Part shown: piece after piece, positions 49,967 through 60,448 of the stretch
How the letters are laid out: each line of letters starts with the position of its first letter
Numbering within the stretch: the first letter of the stretch is position 1
Source: Phaeosaccion multiseriatum
Lineage: Eukaryota; Protista; Ochrophyta, other classes
Reading direction: 5' to 3'
Length of the DNA: 64,000 nt
NCBI GenBank assembly: GCA_965112735.1
Contig: OZ218965.1
Coordinates: 682,001 to 746,000, forward strand
Program-made: the position numbers and the translations under genes
The notes under the pieces: model-generated
Databases searched by the model: none
What the model was told of the DNA's origin: nothing
What the model saw: the letters and a program-made list of their open reading frames with translations, nothing else

Positions 49967-51621
49967 CCACCCACACACAGCCACACACCCACAGACATCC
50001 ACCCACACACATACATATCCATCTGACAAACTCACGTGAGCATGCTGTCTGCTTTGGCCTGTCCGCCCGCCTCGAAAAACGCCGAGTTGACGAGCCCCAC
50101 AAGGTGATCAAAGAGGCGCGAGAAGGCAGCCTTGGCAAGAGCGTCTCGGGTGTCGCAGCATTGGGAGGCGGTGTAGAAGGACTCCACGGTGCTGTTGGCG
50201 ACTTGTCGCACTTGGGTTGTTAGGGCGGCCTATTTGGGGGGTGGGGGGGGGGGAGGGGAGGAGAGAGGAAAGGGGTGATGGAGGGGGGGCACGAGGGGGG
50301 TGAGGGTGGGACAGGGCGAGAGGGGCAGGGGGCGACGGATCGAGCAGTAGCTACGGCAGTTGGTGATACAGCAGGGGAAGAACGTCGTCGCCAGTCTCAC
50401 AAGCGACCCCTTTACCTCAAGGGCCACGGTGTCTACGCCAAAGAGACGCCCCACGCTGTCCAGGGGGGTTTCTTCGTCCGGCAGGGAGTTGTCGTCACTC
50501 TCGCCTGTCATGGCAAGGGGATGGCAGTGGATGGAGCGGGGGCAGAGGGGGACAAGAGGAGCGTGAACAACACAGCACAAACACAGCGAACTAAAGCTGT
50601 GCAGAGGAAGGATGAAGGACTCCTCTGTACATACGGGGGCTCCAGGAGGATGGTAGTGGATGGTAGGGGAAGAAGCTGATGAGGAGGATGGCAGTGGACG
50701 ATGACTTGTGCCCCCCCCCCCCCCTCCACCCACACGGGCCCCAAAGACTCTTTTGTCTTCTCACCTCCCCCCTCTCCACCTCCTTCGATACCCCCTCCTC
50801 CCTCCCCCCTCCCCCCTCCCCCCCCCCTCGCTCTCCTACTCACTCGAGGGCCAGCCGTCGCGTCCCAGTGGCACAGGAGCCATGATCCAGCAGCGGCCGT
50901 CCCCCCCGCTCCCCGCCCCCCCCTCCTGCCACTCAAACCGCACATTGCCCAAGTGGAGGACACCTGGTGTCAGGACAGAGGAGGGGAGGGGGGCAAGGAG
51001 TAGAGGGAGGGGGGGGGGGTCAGGACTGGAGGGTACGGGGGGGTCAGGACAAAGGAGGGGAGGACAGAGGGGGGTGTCATGACGGAGGAGGGGAGGGGGC
51101 AACCAGTGATGGGTGTCAGGACACGAGACACTAACACGCAAGGAAGCAAGTCACACGTAAGTACGATGATTCAGTTACGTAAGTTACGTAAAGAGAAAAG
51201 CACACGTAACGTACCCGCGATGGTAGTCATAATGGCTCGATGACTCTCCGTGGGCATGCCCACCGCAGCCATGGCCTCTCTGGTCGACACGTACTCGGTG
51301 TGGTCGTCCATCCCCTCCACCACCACGCACCCACTCTGATTGAGGTAGTGGAAGAACTCCGGGCCCCGCAGCCCCAATCCCGCCATCATGTCCGCCTCTT
51401 CCGCCTCCTCGGACTCCGCTCCTCCCTCCTCCCCACCCCCCCCTCCCCCCCCTCCCCCCCCTGCGGCCGCCGCTGCCCCTGCGCACAGCTGGTAGAAGAT
51501 GTGGAAGTTTCTCTCGTTTTGAGGCTGCTTGACCACTCTGGACTTCTCCAGAAGCATGTTGGTGATACGCCCGCCGATGATGGCCCCTGTTTGATGGTTA
51601 GAGGGTTGAATTAGACGCGGT

Positions 51622-51660
<39 letters not shown>

Positions 51661-54090
51661 GAGAGAGAGAGTGAGAGAGAGTGTGTGTGTGCATGTGTGC
51701 ACGTGTGTGTGGCGGTGGGTCGGTCGGCGTGTACTCATCATCAACAATTCCCTCCCTCCCTCCCTCCCCTCTGTCCCTCTCCCCCCCCTACCTACCTTGC
51801 TCTCCAAAGTGGTAGGCAGTGAACTTTCCGAAGCGCGACGAGTTATTATTGCGCATCGTCTTCGAGTTGCCAAACGCCTCCATAAGGGGATTGGACTCCA
51901 CCATGCGGTCGCCAATTGAGACTCCCGTATCACCAACGCGCCCACCACCACCACCACCACCTCCGACCGAGTCGGATTCGAACTCGGTCCCACTGCTGCC
52001 ACCCACATCCCTTGACACGACGCTGAGGTACTGTAGCATGAGCTTTGTGGTCTCTGTCTTGCCCGCGCCGCTCTCGCCACAGATGACGACGGTCTTGGAG
52101 CCGCGGTGGGTGTACGGTGCAGCGGGGGAAGGAAGGTGCGGCGGGGGTGCGGCGCGAGGGAGAGCGAGCAAGGGACAAAGCGGTCAGCGGGAAAGAGAGG
52201 GAGGGGGAGGGAGAGAGAGACGGACAGAGAGCGAGAGAGGGAGAAGCGAGAGACAGGCGGACAGCGAGCGAGAGAGGGAGAAGAGAGAGAGGGAGACGTG
52301 AGGCGTGGGAAGGGAAGGGAAAGCAAGAGAAGGGAAGGGGGGGGAAGGGAAGGGAAGGGAAGGGAGGGGAAGGGAAGGGAAGGGAAGGGAAGGGAAAAGG
52401 AAGGGAAAAGGAAGGGAAAAGGAAGGGGGGCAGTGATGGTCATGAGTGGTTTTGAGTGCGTGCGTGAGTGCGTGCGCTCGCCCCAAGGGCCGAGAGGTCA
52501 GGCGTCAGGCCTCTTGCCCCTCCACGCAAGACTCACATCACACCACATCACATCACATCACATCACAACAGGCCAGCATCAGGCCATCGCTCCTCCACCC
52601 CCCGGACCACCAGCGCAAGTTTCTCCCCACATCCATCCTTCCATCCATCCACTGCCATCCATCCTTCCATCCATCCACCTACCTGCGGCCTGCCGAGCTC
52701 TGCCTCCTCCCCGCCCCCGAGGCCCCCTCTGTCACACATGAGCATTCGGTACGCGTTCTCCGCCTCGGCGAAGCAGTGGGGAGGCAGCCCGTCGTAGCGC
52801 TTAGCGTGGTACTGTGCGAGGTGGAAGGTAGGGGGGGGGAGGGGCGGGGGTGGGCGGGGGAGGAAGGGCAGGGGGGTGCGAGGCGAGAGAGGCGGGGTGG
52901 GGTGGGGTGTGAGCAGTTGATGAGGCCAACTACCACCAATGTGCGTACACACACGCACGCACACACACACACGCACACACCCACGTATCTGTCCAACCTG
53001 CCCACCCAAACACACACACGTACACACACAAAAGCACCACCTCTCTCTCTGTGTGTTTCTCTCTCCCTCTCTCTCTGTACGTGTCTCTCTCTCTCCCTCT
53101 ATCTCCATACGCAAAAGCACCACCTCTCTCCCTCTCCTTGCCTGCTGCATGGCATCCTGTCCGTAGATGGGCAGGAACTTAAAGGGGTTCATGGCGATGA
53201 GGATGGGCCCCACTCGCGTGTAGATCTTGTCCATACGGAACCGAGTTGATATGTTAGCCAACACCTGCGGGAGGGGAGGAGGACGATGAGGAGGAGGAGG
53301 AGGGGCACAGCCGCAGGAGGAGGAGGAGGTGGATGAAATTACGATTTCGAGCTGGGTCTCCCCACGCCCGGGCCAACGGTGTAGCAGGGAAGGGGTCAAC
53401 CGGCCCTCTGGGACGGAAAAAGCTTAAGGCGTTAGCTTCGGATAATAGTTAACACACGAGTCTGTAAGGAGTAGACCGACACCGCTCCCGTTTGTGTATA
53501 GTTTTGCTACAAATAGTCGAGCGGAGCAGAACAGAGGCTACTGCCTCTGTTCTGCCTCTCGCCTTGGGGAGGTGCGCCGGGACGGAAGAGAGGTTGCTGT
53601 TGCGTCTCGCCCGCCCTCTCACCCTGTCTCCTCAGACTTACCTCGGCTTCGTTGAGGTTCACCAGCGAGTCCATGTTCTCCACACCGTTGTCAGGCCCGC
53701 CTTGGTACCTGAGGGCATGGGGTGAGGGCGGGGGGGTGGAGGGGGGGCGGAAGGGATCAGAGAGCGTACGTGGGTGGGATGAGAACCATATGGAGCGGAG
53801 TACCGCACGGCCCGCACTCTGCACTTCTCCTCCTCTCTCGCCGATGTGTTCCACCGCGCGCCTCACCTTGTGAGAAGACGCTTCTGTGGGGCGCGCTTCT
53901 GCCGGCCGCCCCTTCCTGTAGAGGATGTGGCGCTATCTCCTCCAACGGTGACCGTCCTCCCTCCCCGGATTTCCATTTTGATAGCATTTCCAGCGATGGA
54001 GGATACCACCCCTTCAACAAAACCCTCCGTCTCATCAGACACCCACACGCACAGCTTCTCGTGCACATTCTCTGCTGTGAGGGACACCAT
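32953..54090 (-). CDS. Unconventional myosin heavy chain with IQ-like neck and very long Ala/Glu-rich helical tail (>30 exons)
   Basis: SH3-like N-terminus ([10 protein letters not shown]). Motor motifs: [25 protein letters not shown]-loop [113 protein letters not shown]-like RRIQRWWMG. Tail exons continue to a stop at 32953; tail continuity and start codon are less certain than the motor. Confidence 0.85.
33543..33689. repeat. 49-bp tandem repeat x3 in the last myosin intron
   Basis: Units at 33543, 33592 and 33641: CACACACGTCAGTCAGTCATAGAGAAAGCAATGATTGGCTCGTGTATAC. Confidence 0.9.
36131..36206. repeat. Cluster of GCAGTTGGTGATAC motifs (4 copies)
   Basis: Copies at 36131, 36149, 36173 and 36191. 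Confidence 0.9.
45115..45245. repeat. Degenerate intronic minisatellite (CCAAGACCCATATGA(A)TGACT)
   Basis: Several overlapping copies read directly. Confidence 0.75.
47119..47245. repeat. Cluster of GCAGTTGGTCA(T/C)AC motifs (~6 copies)
   Basis: Direct reading; variant of the motif at 36131. Confidence 0.85.
47295..47767. repeat. (TCAC)n = (GTGA)n on the myosin sense strand, starting at the intron donor
   Basis: Minus strand reads ..ATCGG|GTGAGTGAGTGAGT.. Confidence 0.9.
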
Positions 54091-54480
54091 CCTTTCCTGC
54101 CTCCCGCCGCCTCGGCCGCAAGGTGGGCAGCCAGAGAAGGAAGAACCCTCACACTCTCCTCCTCCTCCTCCTCCTCCTCTCGACACACCTTCAATTACGG
54201 TTTTCAAGGGAAGCAGCAACACCTGGAGGGAAAGCAGCACCAGCCCCTAGCATAGCAAAGAGCTCCAACTCCCCCAGAATCACCAGATACGCCTCTGCCC
54301 CTTCGTGCCTCGCGGGAACCGATGTGCGAGATCAAAACAGATGGAGGGGCAGTTGGAGTTGCAAAAATCCAAATTCAAATTGGCCATCCACTGCCATCTG
54401 TCACTCACGTGCCGAGTCATTGAATCGCTTGCTTTTTCCTCTCTCCCTTTGAGTAAAATTAAGCCCCTCTTCCCCCAGCG
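54091..54480. promoter_or_regulatory. Short head-to-head (putative bidirectional) promoter between myosin and DECR2
   Basis: Divergent starts ~390 bp apart; the myosin start is inferred. Confidence 0.45.
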
Positions 54481-55836
54481 ATGGCGCAGCCATCATCTCC
54501 CTTCCGTTCCGACTGTCTACGAGGAAAAGTTGCTCTCGTCACAGGCGGGGGTTCTGGGATCGGCTTTGAGATAGCCAGGCAAATAGGTAAGAGAGAAGAG
54601 AAGGATTTTGTGGCGCGTTGCGTATGACTCTTAACATCCTCCTTCCCTCTCTGCCTATCTCTCCAGGGCTTCATGGCGGTAAGGTGGTGTTGATGGGGCG
54701 GAGGGAGAAGTTCCTGAGGAACGCTGTGGCATCGCTGGAGAAGGACGGGGTGAACGCCAGCCTGGTGGTGGGGGACGTGCGCAGCAGAGAGAGTGCGGAG
54801 GGGGCCGTTGCCCATGTGGTTCGTACGTACGGGAAGCTGGACACGCTTGTCAACGGAGCGGCGGGCAACTTCTTGGCCAACGCGCACGAGCTCAAGCTCA
54901 AGGGCTTCAAAGTACGTGGGAAGGAGGAGGGGTGTGTGTGTGGGGGTTGTTGGCATTGTGTGGGCATTGTGTGGGCTTGGGAGTTTGCGCTTTGGCACAG
55001 ACACACACTTACACACACACGAGGAAGGAGGGACAGTGTGTGGGAGAGTGGGAGAGAAGGGGGGGGGGATATCGGAGTGAATGAGTGAGACTGACGCCCT
55101 GCTCTGCCGCACCCCACGCCTCGAGCGCAGACAGTGATGGAGATCGACACCATGGGCGTGTTCAACATGAGCACGGCAGCCTTCGGTGCACTGCAGGCAA
55201 ACGGCGGCGGCGCCTGCGTGATCAACATCTCCATGACGCTCCACTACGGTGCCACGTGGTATCAGTCCCACGCGTCTGCCGCGAAGGCCGCCATCGACTC
55301 CCTCACTCGGTGGGTACTCACCTCTCATGCTCCGCCCTTCGCCACCGCCTCGATTGTCTTCTTGCCCCTTGCCCCATCCCACATGCATGCATCCATTCAT
55401 CCTGTGTGATGTGTGCTCCTTCCTTCTGAGCAGGTCTCTCGCGCTGGAGTGGGGCAGTCACGGCATCCGAGTGAATGGCATTGCGCCAGGACCCATCGCC
55501 AACACGCCGGGCACCATGAAGCTTGGGGTGGGGCTCGGCGGGGGGTCAGGAGGGAAGGGGAAGGGGGGGGGCAGCATGCAAGATGCCGTGCAAGAAAAGG
55601 TGAGAAAGGGTTGTTGTGGCCATGGGAGTGGAGTGAGTCTTGCGCGACGTTATGAAAGGTGGAAAACGAGAAGGAGGAGGAGCTTCCCTTGTCGAGCGGT
55701 GGGAATGGGATCGCAGTTGTGTATCCGTCTCCTCCTGTCTTTTCTCCTGTCTGACCGTGTGATTGCCGCCGTTTCCCTCCCCTCTCGCAGTCAGTCAGTC
55801 CTCGCCTCAATCAAACGCAGTCTTGACCTCCTTCCT

Positions 55837-55885
<49 letters not shown>

Positions 55886-56113
55886 CCATCTCGTTAGGTG
55901 CCCCTGGGAAGGCTCGGAACTACGTGGGACATTGGGATGGGGGTGGTGTTCCTGCTGAGTGGAGCAGCGAGTTATGTGTCTGGGGACACCCTGGTCATTG
56001 ACGGGGCTGAATGGCTATACAAGAAGCCCCTCATTGGGCCAGAGATGGTCAGTCAAATGAGCAGAGCTATCGAGGGAGAGAGTCGTGCCATGGGCATCAA
56101 GAGCAAGCTATGA
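54481..56113 (+). CDS. DECR2: Peroxisomal 2,4-dienoyl-CoA reductase (SDR family), 5 exons
   Basis: [79 protein letters not shown]; C-terminal PTS1 -SKL*. Confidence 0.92.
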
Positions 56114-56323
56114 GGGAGGGAGTGGGAGGGAGGGAGTTGGAGGGGAGGGAGGTGGGGCCTTGTGGCCTTTGAGAGTTTTGAGCCTCTGAAACTCTGACCC
56201 TGGTCTTGGCCCACCGCCCCCTCGCTCCTATGGTACTGAAACACGATAGAGATGGAGAGGACGGTCATGGGAGAGGAGAGTGCATCACGTGTATGTATAG
56301 ACAGATAGAGAAGCACGCAGGAC

Positions 56324-56415
56324 TTTGTGCTTATTCTTACAAGACAAAGAGAGCCTCTGCGAAGTAGAGTTTGTGCTTACTCTTACAAGACAAAGAGAGC
56401 CTCTGCGAAGTAGAG
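56324..56415. repeat. 46-bp tandem duplication
   Basis: 56324-56369 and 56370-56415 differ at one position. Confidence 0.9.
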
Positions 56416-57010
56416 AGAGACTCGAAGGGAGGCGGCCGGCCCCAGGTAGGGATGCTCAAGTCAGAAACCGGAAGAGCGAGCGATCTATGGCAGCGGCCGA
56501 GTGTAAAGGGGCGAGGCCGAGGAACAGCATCTTGAATGGGGGGGGAGGGTGAAGGCAACACCAATTGAGGGCCTCGAGATGGGGGTTGGTCAATGTCAAG
56601 CACCCTCGAGAAGGGGGGCACCCTTGCAAGAAGAAGGCTTGTCAATATCAAGCACACACTACGCGGAGGAGGAGAGCATGAGAACAAGGAAGAGGAAGGC
56701 ACACCGTGTGGGGGACGAGGTCCTGCTGCCGAAGCGGTTCCGAAGGTATCGCTGAGTGAGTAGTGGCGCGCCGATGGGTTCAGAGGGGCTGGGGCGATGT
56801 GACGTTTCACTTAGGGTGTGGGTGTATATAACGGCGATGCCTAGTAGCGCCGGGCTTAATTGTAGCTAGGAGGGAATGAATGGGGGGAGGAGGGGCTTCG
56901 CTGGAGGGGGGCCTCGGTGGAAGGCACACACACCACCGGGCGGAGAATGAAGAGGGTAAGGAGAGATAAGAGGAAGTGCCGCTGCCGCTGTCCCCGTGAC
57001 GGTCTCGATA

Positions 57011-57124
57011 GGCAGACACGGATAACGGAGGCGAGCTATTTAATCGCGAATACTTTAATTGCCGATTTGTTTTTTAAGCATTCTTGACTTAATAATAGCT
57101 CGCCCTTCGTTAGCCGTGTCTGCC
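57011..57124. repeat. ~114-nt imperfect inverted repeat (hairpin)
   Basis: GGCAGACACGGATAACGGA-GGCGAGCTATT versus reverse complement of 57094-57124, GGCAGACACGGCTAACGAAGGGCGAGCTATT. Confidence 0.85.
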
Positions 57125-57151
57125 GCTTGCCTCCCACCCTAAGCCAAACTC

Positions 57152-57302
57152 GCTGGCATTTTACGCCACCGATCGCTCGGCCGGCCCTCCTCTACTAGCA
57201 TCACGGTGTTATCAAAGGCAATTTGCTTAATGAAGTAGAAATAGTGGATTTAGTTAGCTGTGCTGGCCTTTTACGCTACCTATCGCTCCGCCGGCCCTCC
57301 TC
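57152..57302. repeat. Two ~41-bp imperfect direct repeats, 110 bp period
   Basis: GCTGGCATTTTACGCCACCGATCGCTCGGCCGGCCCTCCTC (57152) and GCTGGCCTTTTACGCTACCTATCGCTCCGCCGGCCCTCCTC (57262). Confidence 0.85.
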
Positions 57303-57583
57303 AACTCGCTTCGCCTCTGACACCTGCAGCGCTTTAGGTAGTTGCCCGCTCATACTCTCCGATTCAGCCATTGCCGAATAAAGCTTCACCGCGGACGGAA
57401 GGTCATCATCGGGTCGCTATATAGCTAAAGTCCTTACGTATGAGTAGCAGCAGAAGGCCCTGGCGCGTTCTCCACATACACGGACACTCGCAGCGCCTTC
57501 CGTCCGCGCCTCTTCTTCTCACTCACCGCCCTCAAGCTCTCTCCTCCAGTACCGGTCCCCCACTCATCCTTCCAGGTTCTTCT

Positions 57584-57595
57584 CATCATCATAAT

Positions 57596-57682
<87 letters not shown>
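57584..57682. repeat. (CAT)n microsatellite
   Basis: Direct reading. Confidence 0.95.
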
Positions 57683-57683
<1 letters not shown>

Positions 57684-57874
57684 CCAGGCAGCCACAAAGC
57701 CTCGGATCGCCCTCTCCACGGCCGCTGCGCCGCTTTACTTACTGTGCGTACGGCGAAGACTAGCGCAGTAGCAGCAAGACATCACTCCGGCCCACAGCCA
57801 CCGCTAGCACACCACACACCACTCGGTCGATGGTCACCCATCTCTTGACGGCCCAAGCAAAGGATGTAGCCGCG

Positions 57875-58495
57875 TCAGTTGAAGAGGGCACGGCAACGCA
57901 TTCCAAGAAGCGCAAGGGCGGCCTTCGTGTCCTCCTCCGTTTCTTCGCTCCCTCCGTTCTGATCCTTTCCGTCCTCTTCCACAGCTGAGGAGGGGAGTTT
58001 CGCCCTCTTCCTTCCTCTCTCGCTGAAAGTGTCTGTCGGAGCTGCTCGCGTGGTGGGCACCGGCGTACACGGGGCAAGCCCCTCCTCCTGCTCCGCTCGC
58101 TCCCGTCGCATTAGCAGTGCGTGCCTCCTGCACATCCCATCGCATCTCGCTTGGGTCATTTTCGTACACCCTTCAACAAGGCACTCCTTCTTGGCCGCAG
58201 CTTGTTGTTGTCCCTGATTTGGCCGCGTTTCACACCTCTCAATAGTAGGATTTTTCTGGCCCATAGCTCCATGGCCAACGCAAAGGCCTCCTCGGACCCT
58301 CTGCTTTGTACAGCCCTCAACTGTACAGTCCTTTACCACAGCGCCATGGGCAATGCAAAGTCCCCCTTGGACACGATTCTTTGTACATCCGTCAACATCA
58401 CACCTCTTTAGCACGGCTCCGTGGCGAACGCAGTGCCCTCCTTTGACCTGCCCTTTCATGCACCCCTCCGTAGTGCATGGTTTACGCTTTGGCAT
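57875..58495 (-). CDS. Intronless WRKY19-like zinc-finger repeat protein (CxxxGCxKxxxxGGxCxxHG x3, plus one divergent)
   Basis: CTTEGCMKGQVKGGHCVRHG, CDVDGCTKNRVQGGLCIAHG, CTVEGCTKQRVRGGLCVGHG, CLVEGCTK..CRRH; basic NLS-like PKRK/RKRAK; C-terminal AALALLGM. Confidence 0.85.
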   Translation of the reverse strand: MPKRKPCTTEGCMKGQVKGGHCVRHGAVLKRCDVDGCTKNRVQGGLCIAHGAVVKDCTVEGCTKQRVRGGLCVGHGAMGQKNPTIERCETRPNQGQQQAAAKKECLVEGCTKMTQARCDGMCRRHALLMRRERAEQEEGLAPCTPVPTTRAAPTDTFSERGRKRAKLPSSAVEEDGKDQNGGSEETEEDTKAALALLGMRCRALFN

Positions 58496-59238
58496 GCCGA
58501 CCGCCCTTCAAATACCCTCGAAGTTGAGATAGCCTGAGGTCCAAAATCCCCCCCAGCAGTTTGTGGAGGTAAAAAGCGGCAGCCAGAGGTTAGTCGCCTT
58601 TATTCTCGCCCCTACCCCTGCTGCTGCTGTTGCTACTGCTACTGCTACTACTGCTAGTGGTCATGGACCTATGCTTAGAATTCTCTGCGCTCAGTCTGCT
58701 AGTCGAGCTTTGGCAACAGCCGGGTAGAGGTTGCCGGAAGGTTTTTTGGAGAATGATTTTTGGTGGTGGGAAAGCCTCCCGTCCGGACCAGGAACAGCCA
58801 CAATTCACCAGAGTGTCTTCTCCTTCGCTTCTTCTAACGAATCCCGGCTGATGGATATGGTCTTCTCCACAGAGCGGAGAGATGGAGAGAGAAAACTGGA
58901 GAAAGGGGAGGTAGAAAAATATGAGGGGGGGCGATGAGTGAGTTAAACTCGTGCTCGCTTTTCCCCCTTTTATACTCGATGGTACCGAAGCTACTGCTTC
59001 TAGTGATGGAAGCTCTCTGTTTCTCCACTTAGTATTCTCTGCACTCTGCGGTGGACCCAGGATTGTTTGGTTTTGGCAGTTGGTGATGTGATCGTGGAAT
59101 TGGGGGTCGAATACCACTAATCACAGATGGTGATACATTTAGAGGCGTAGAGGGAACGAGAGAGAAGGCCGCGCACTTGCCCCCCTCTTTCTGCTACAGG
59201 GCCGCCGCAGTGCCTGTGTTGTATCCAACTAGACGAAC

Positions 59239-60272
59239 ATGTGGGGGAGGGGGCTGGGGGTGGCTTCGTCCCTCACGAGAAGCTTACGGAGGGGCAGGAC
59301 AGAAGGGAGCTCAATCATCTCCTCAGGTACGCTCTTCGCTTTCCTGATGACACGGAGAGGGGGGTGGGGTATGTGTCGAGGGGAGGCGCACTGCTTTGTT
59401 CATGTAACCGAACATTGCCTCACATACGCATCAATTTTCCTCCCTTACAACAGCAGGAGTAGCGGCGCCGTCAACGAGTGCCGGGCAAGCCCCTGGCCCG
59501 GTGCCCAGCCCTTGGACGGTGTGCGTGCGGTGGGCCACCAAGAAGGCGGGCTCAAAGACCAAGAACAGTGCAGACTCAGCAGGCAGGCGGCTTGGGGTGA
59601 AAAAATTCGGAGGAGCGGTGAGTCCCTGTGTAGGGAGGGAGGCCTGCATCGTTATGTGTGTGCCTCGGCGGGGCTGTGTGACCTCACCAAACCCCGCGTC
59701 AGTTGCCAGACACACCGGGTCACCCCATCACGAGCAGCCGCGTGCTAAACTCTCAAGTTTTTTCTGTCTTCCACCATCCTCTCCTCTCTTTCAACTCTTT
59801 TCTTCTTCTCTCCTCCTTGCGTGGGCTGGCACGGCAGATTGTGAGGATAGGACATATCATGATTCGGCAGAGGGGCAGGAAGTACCACCCCGGGGACGGG
59901 GTCGGCATCGGCAAGGACCACACAATCTTCGCCATGAAGGACGGGTACTCCCACTTCCGGTGAGTGAGTGAGTGAGTGAGTGAGTGAGGTGGTGAAGGAG
60001 AGGGGAGGGGCTGAATAACTGATTGATGTGATTCGGATTTGATTTCGCTTATTAAAGGTCTTTGTCTTGTCTTCCCCTAGCCCAGCCCCCCATACCACAC
60101 TCACTCACGCACCCCCTCCTGCAGGTATGACCCGCTTAAGAGGAGGCAGTACGTGAACGTCCTCAGCGCTGCTGATCACCTTGCCCTGCAGGCCCGGCTC
60201 CGAGAAGCGTCCGCCACAAACAAGAAGAGGCGGGAGGTCGAGCTGGCCGCCAGGATGAGCGTCAGAGCATGA
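59239..60272 (+). CDS. MRPL27: Mitochondrial ribosomal protein L27 (bL27m), exons 59239-59326, 59457-59617, 59838-59959, 60125-60272
   Basis: Arg/Ser-rich presequence; [67 protein letters not shown]. Confidence 0.9.
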
Positions 60273-60448
60273 GGAGACAGACCTTAGTGAGGCATTGAGT
60301 GACAGCGAGCTTGCCTTGCCGCAGGAAGGGGGGGGGGGGGGGGCTCGAGGCAGCCGGTCTCCGCCCCGAAGTAGTGGTACAGTCTTGAGGGTGCGTCAAA
60401 TTTTATGGAAGAATCAAAGAATCAAAAATTTGTACTCATTCAGTTGTG

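Noticed and set aside
54481-56113. DECR2 as a tailoring enzyme of a PKS cluster
   Set aside because: It is 36 kb away, separated by unrelated genes, and is a standard peroxisomal beta-oxidation enzyme with PTS1.
58590-59117. 175-aa ORF between the zinc-finger gene and L27
   Set aside because: No motifs; it lies in the divergent promoter/UTR region.
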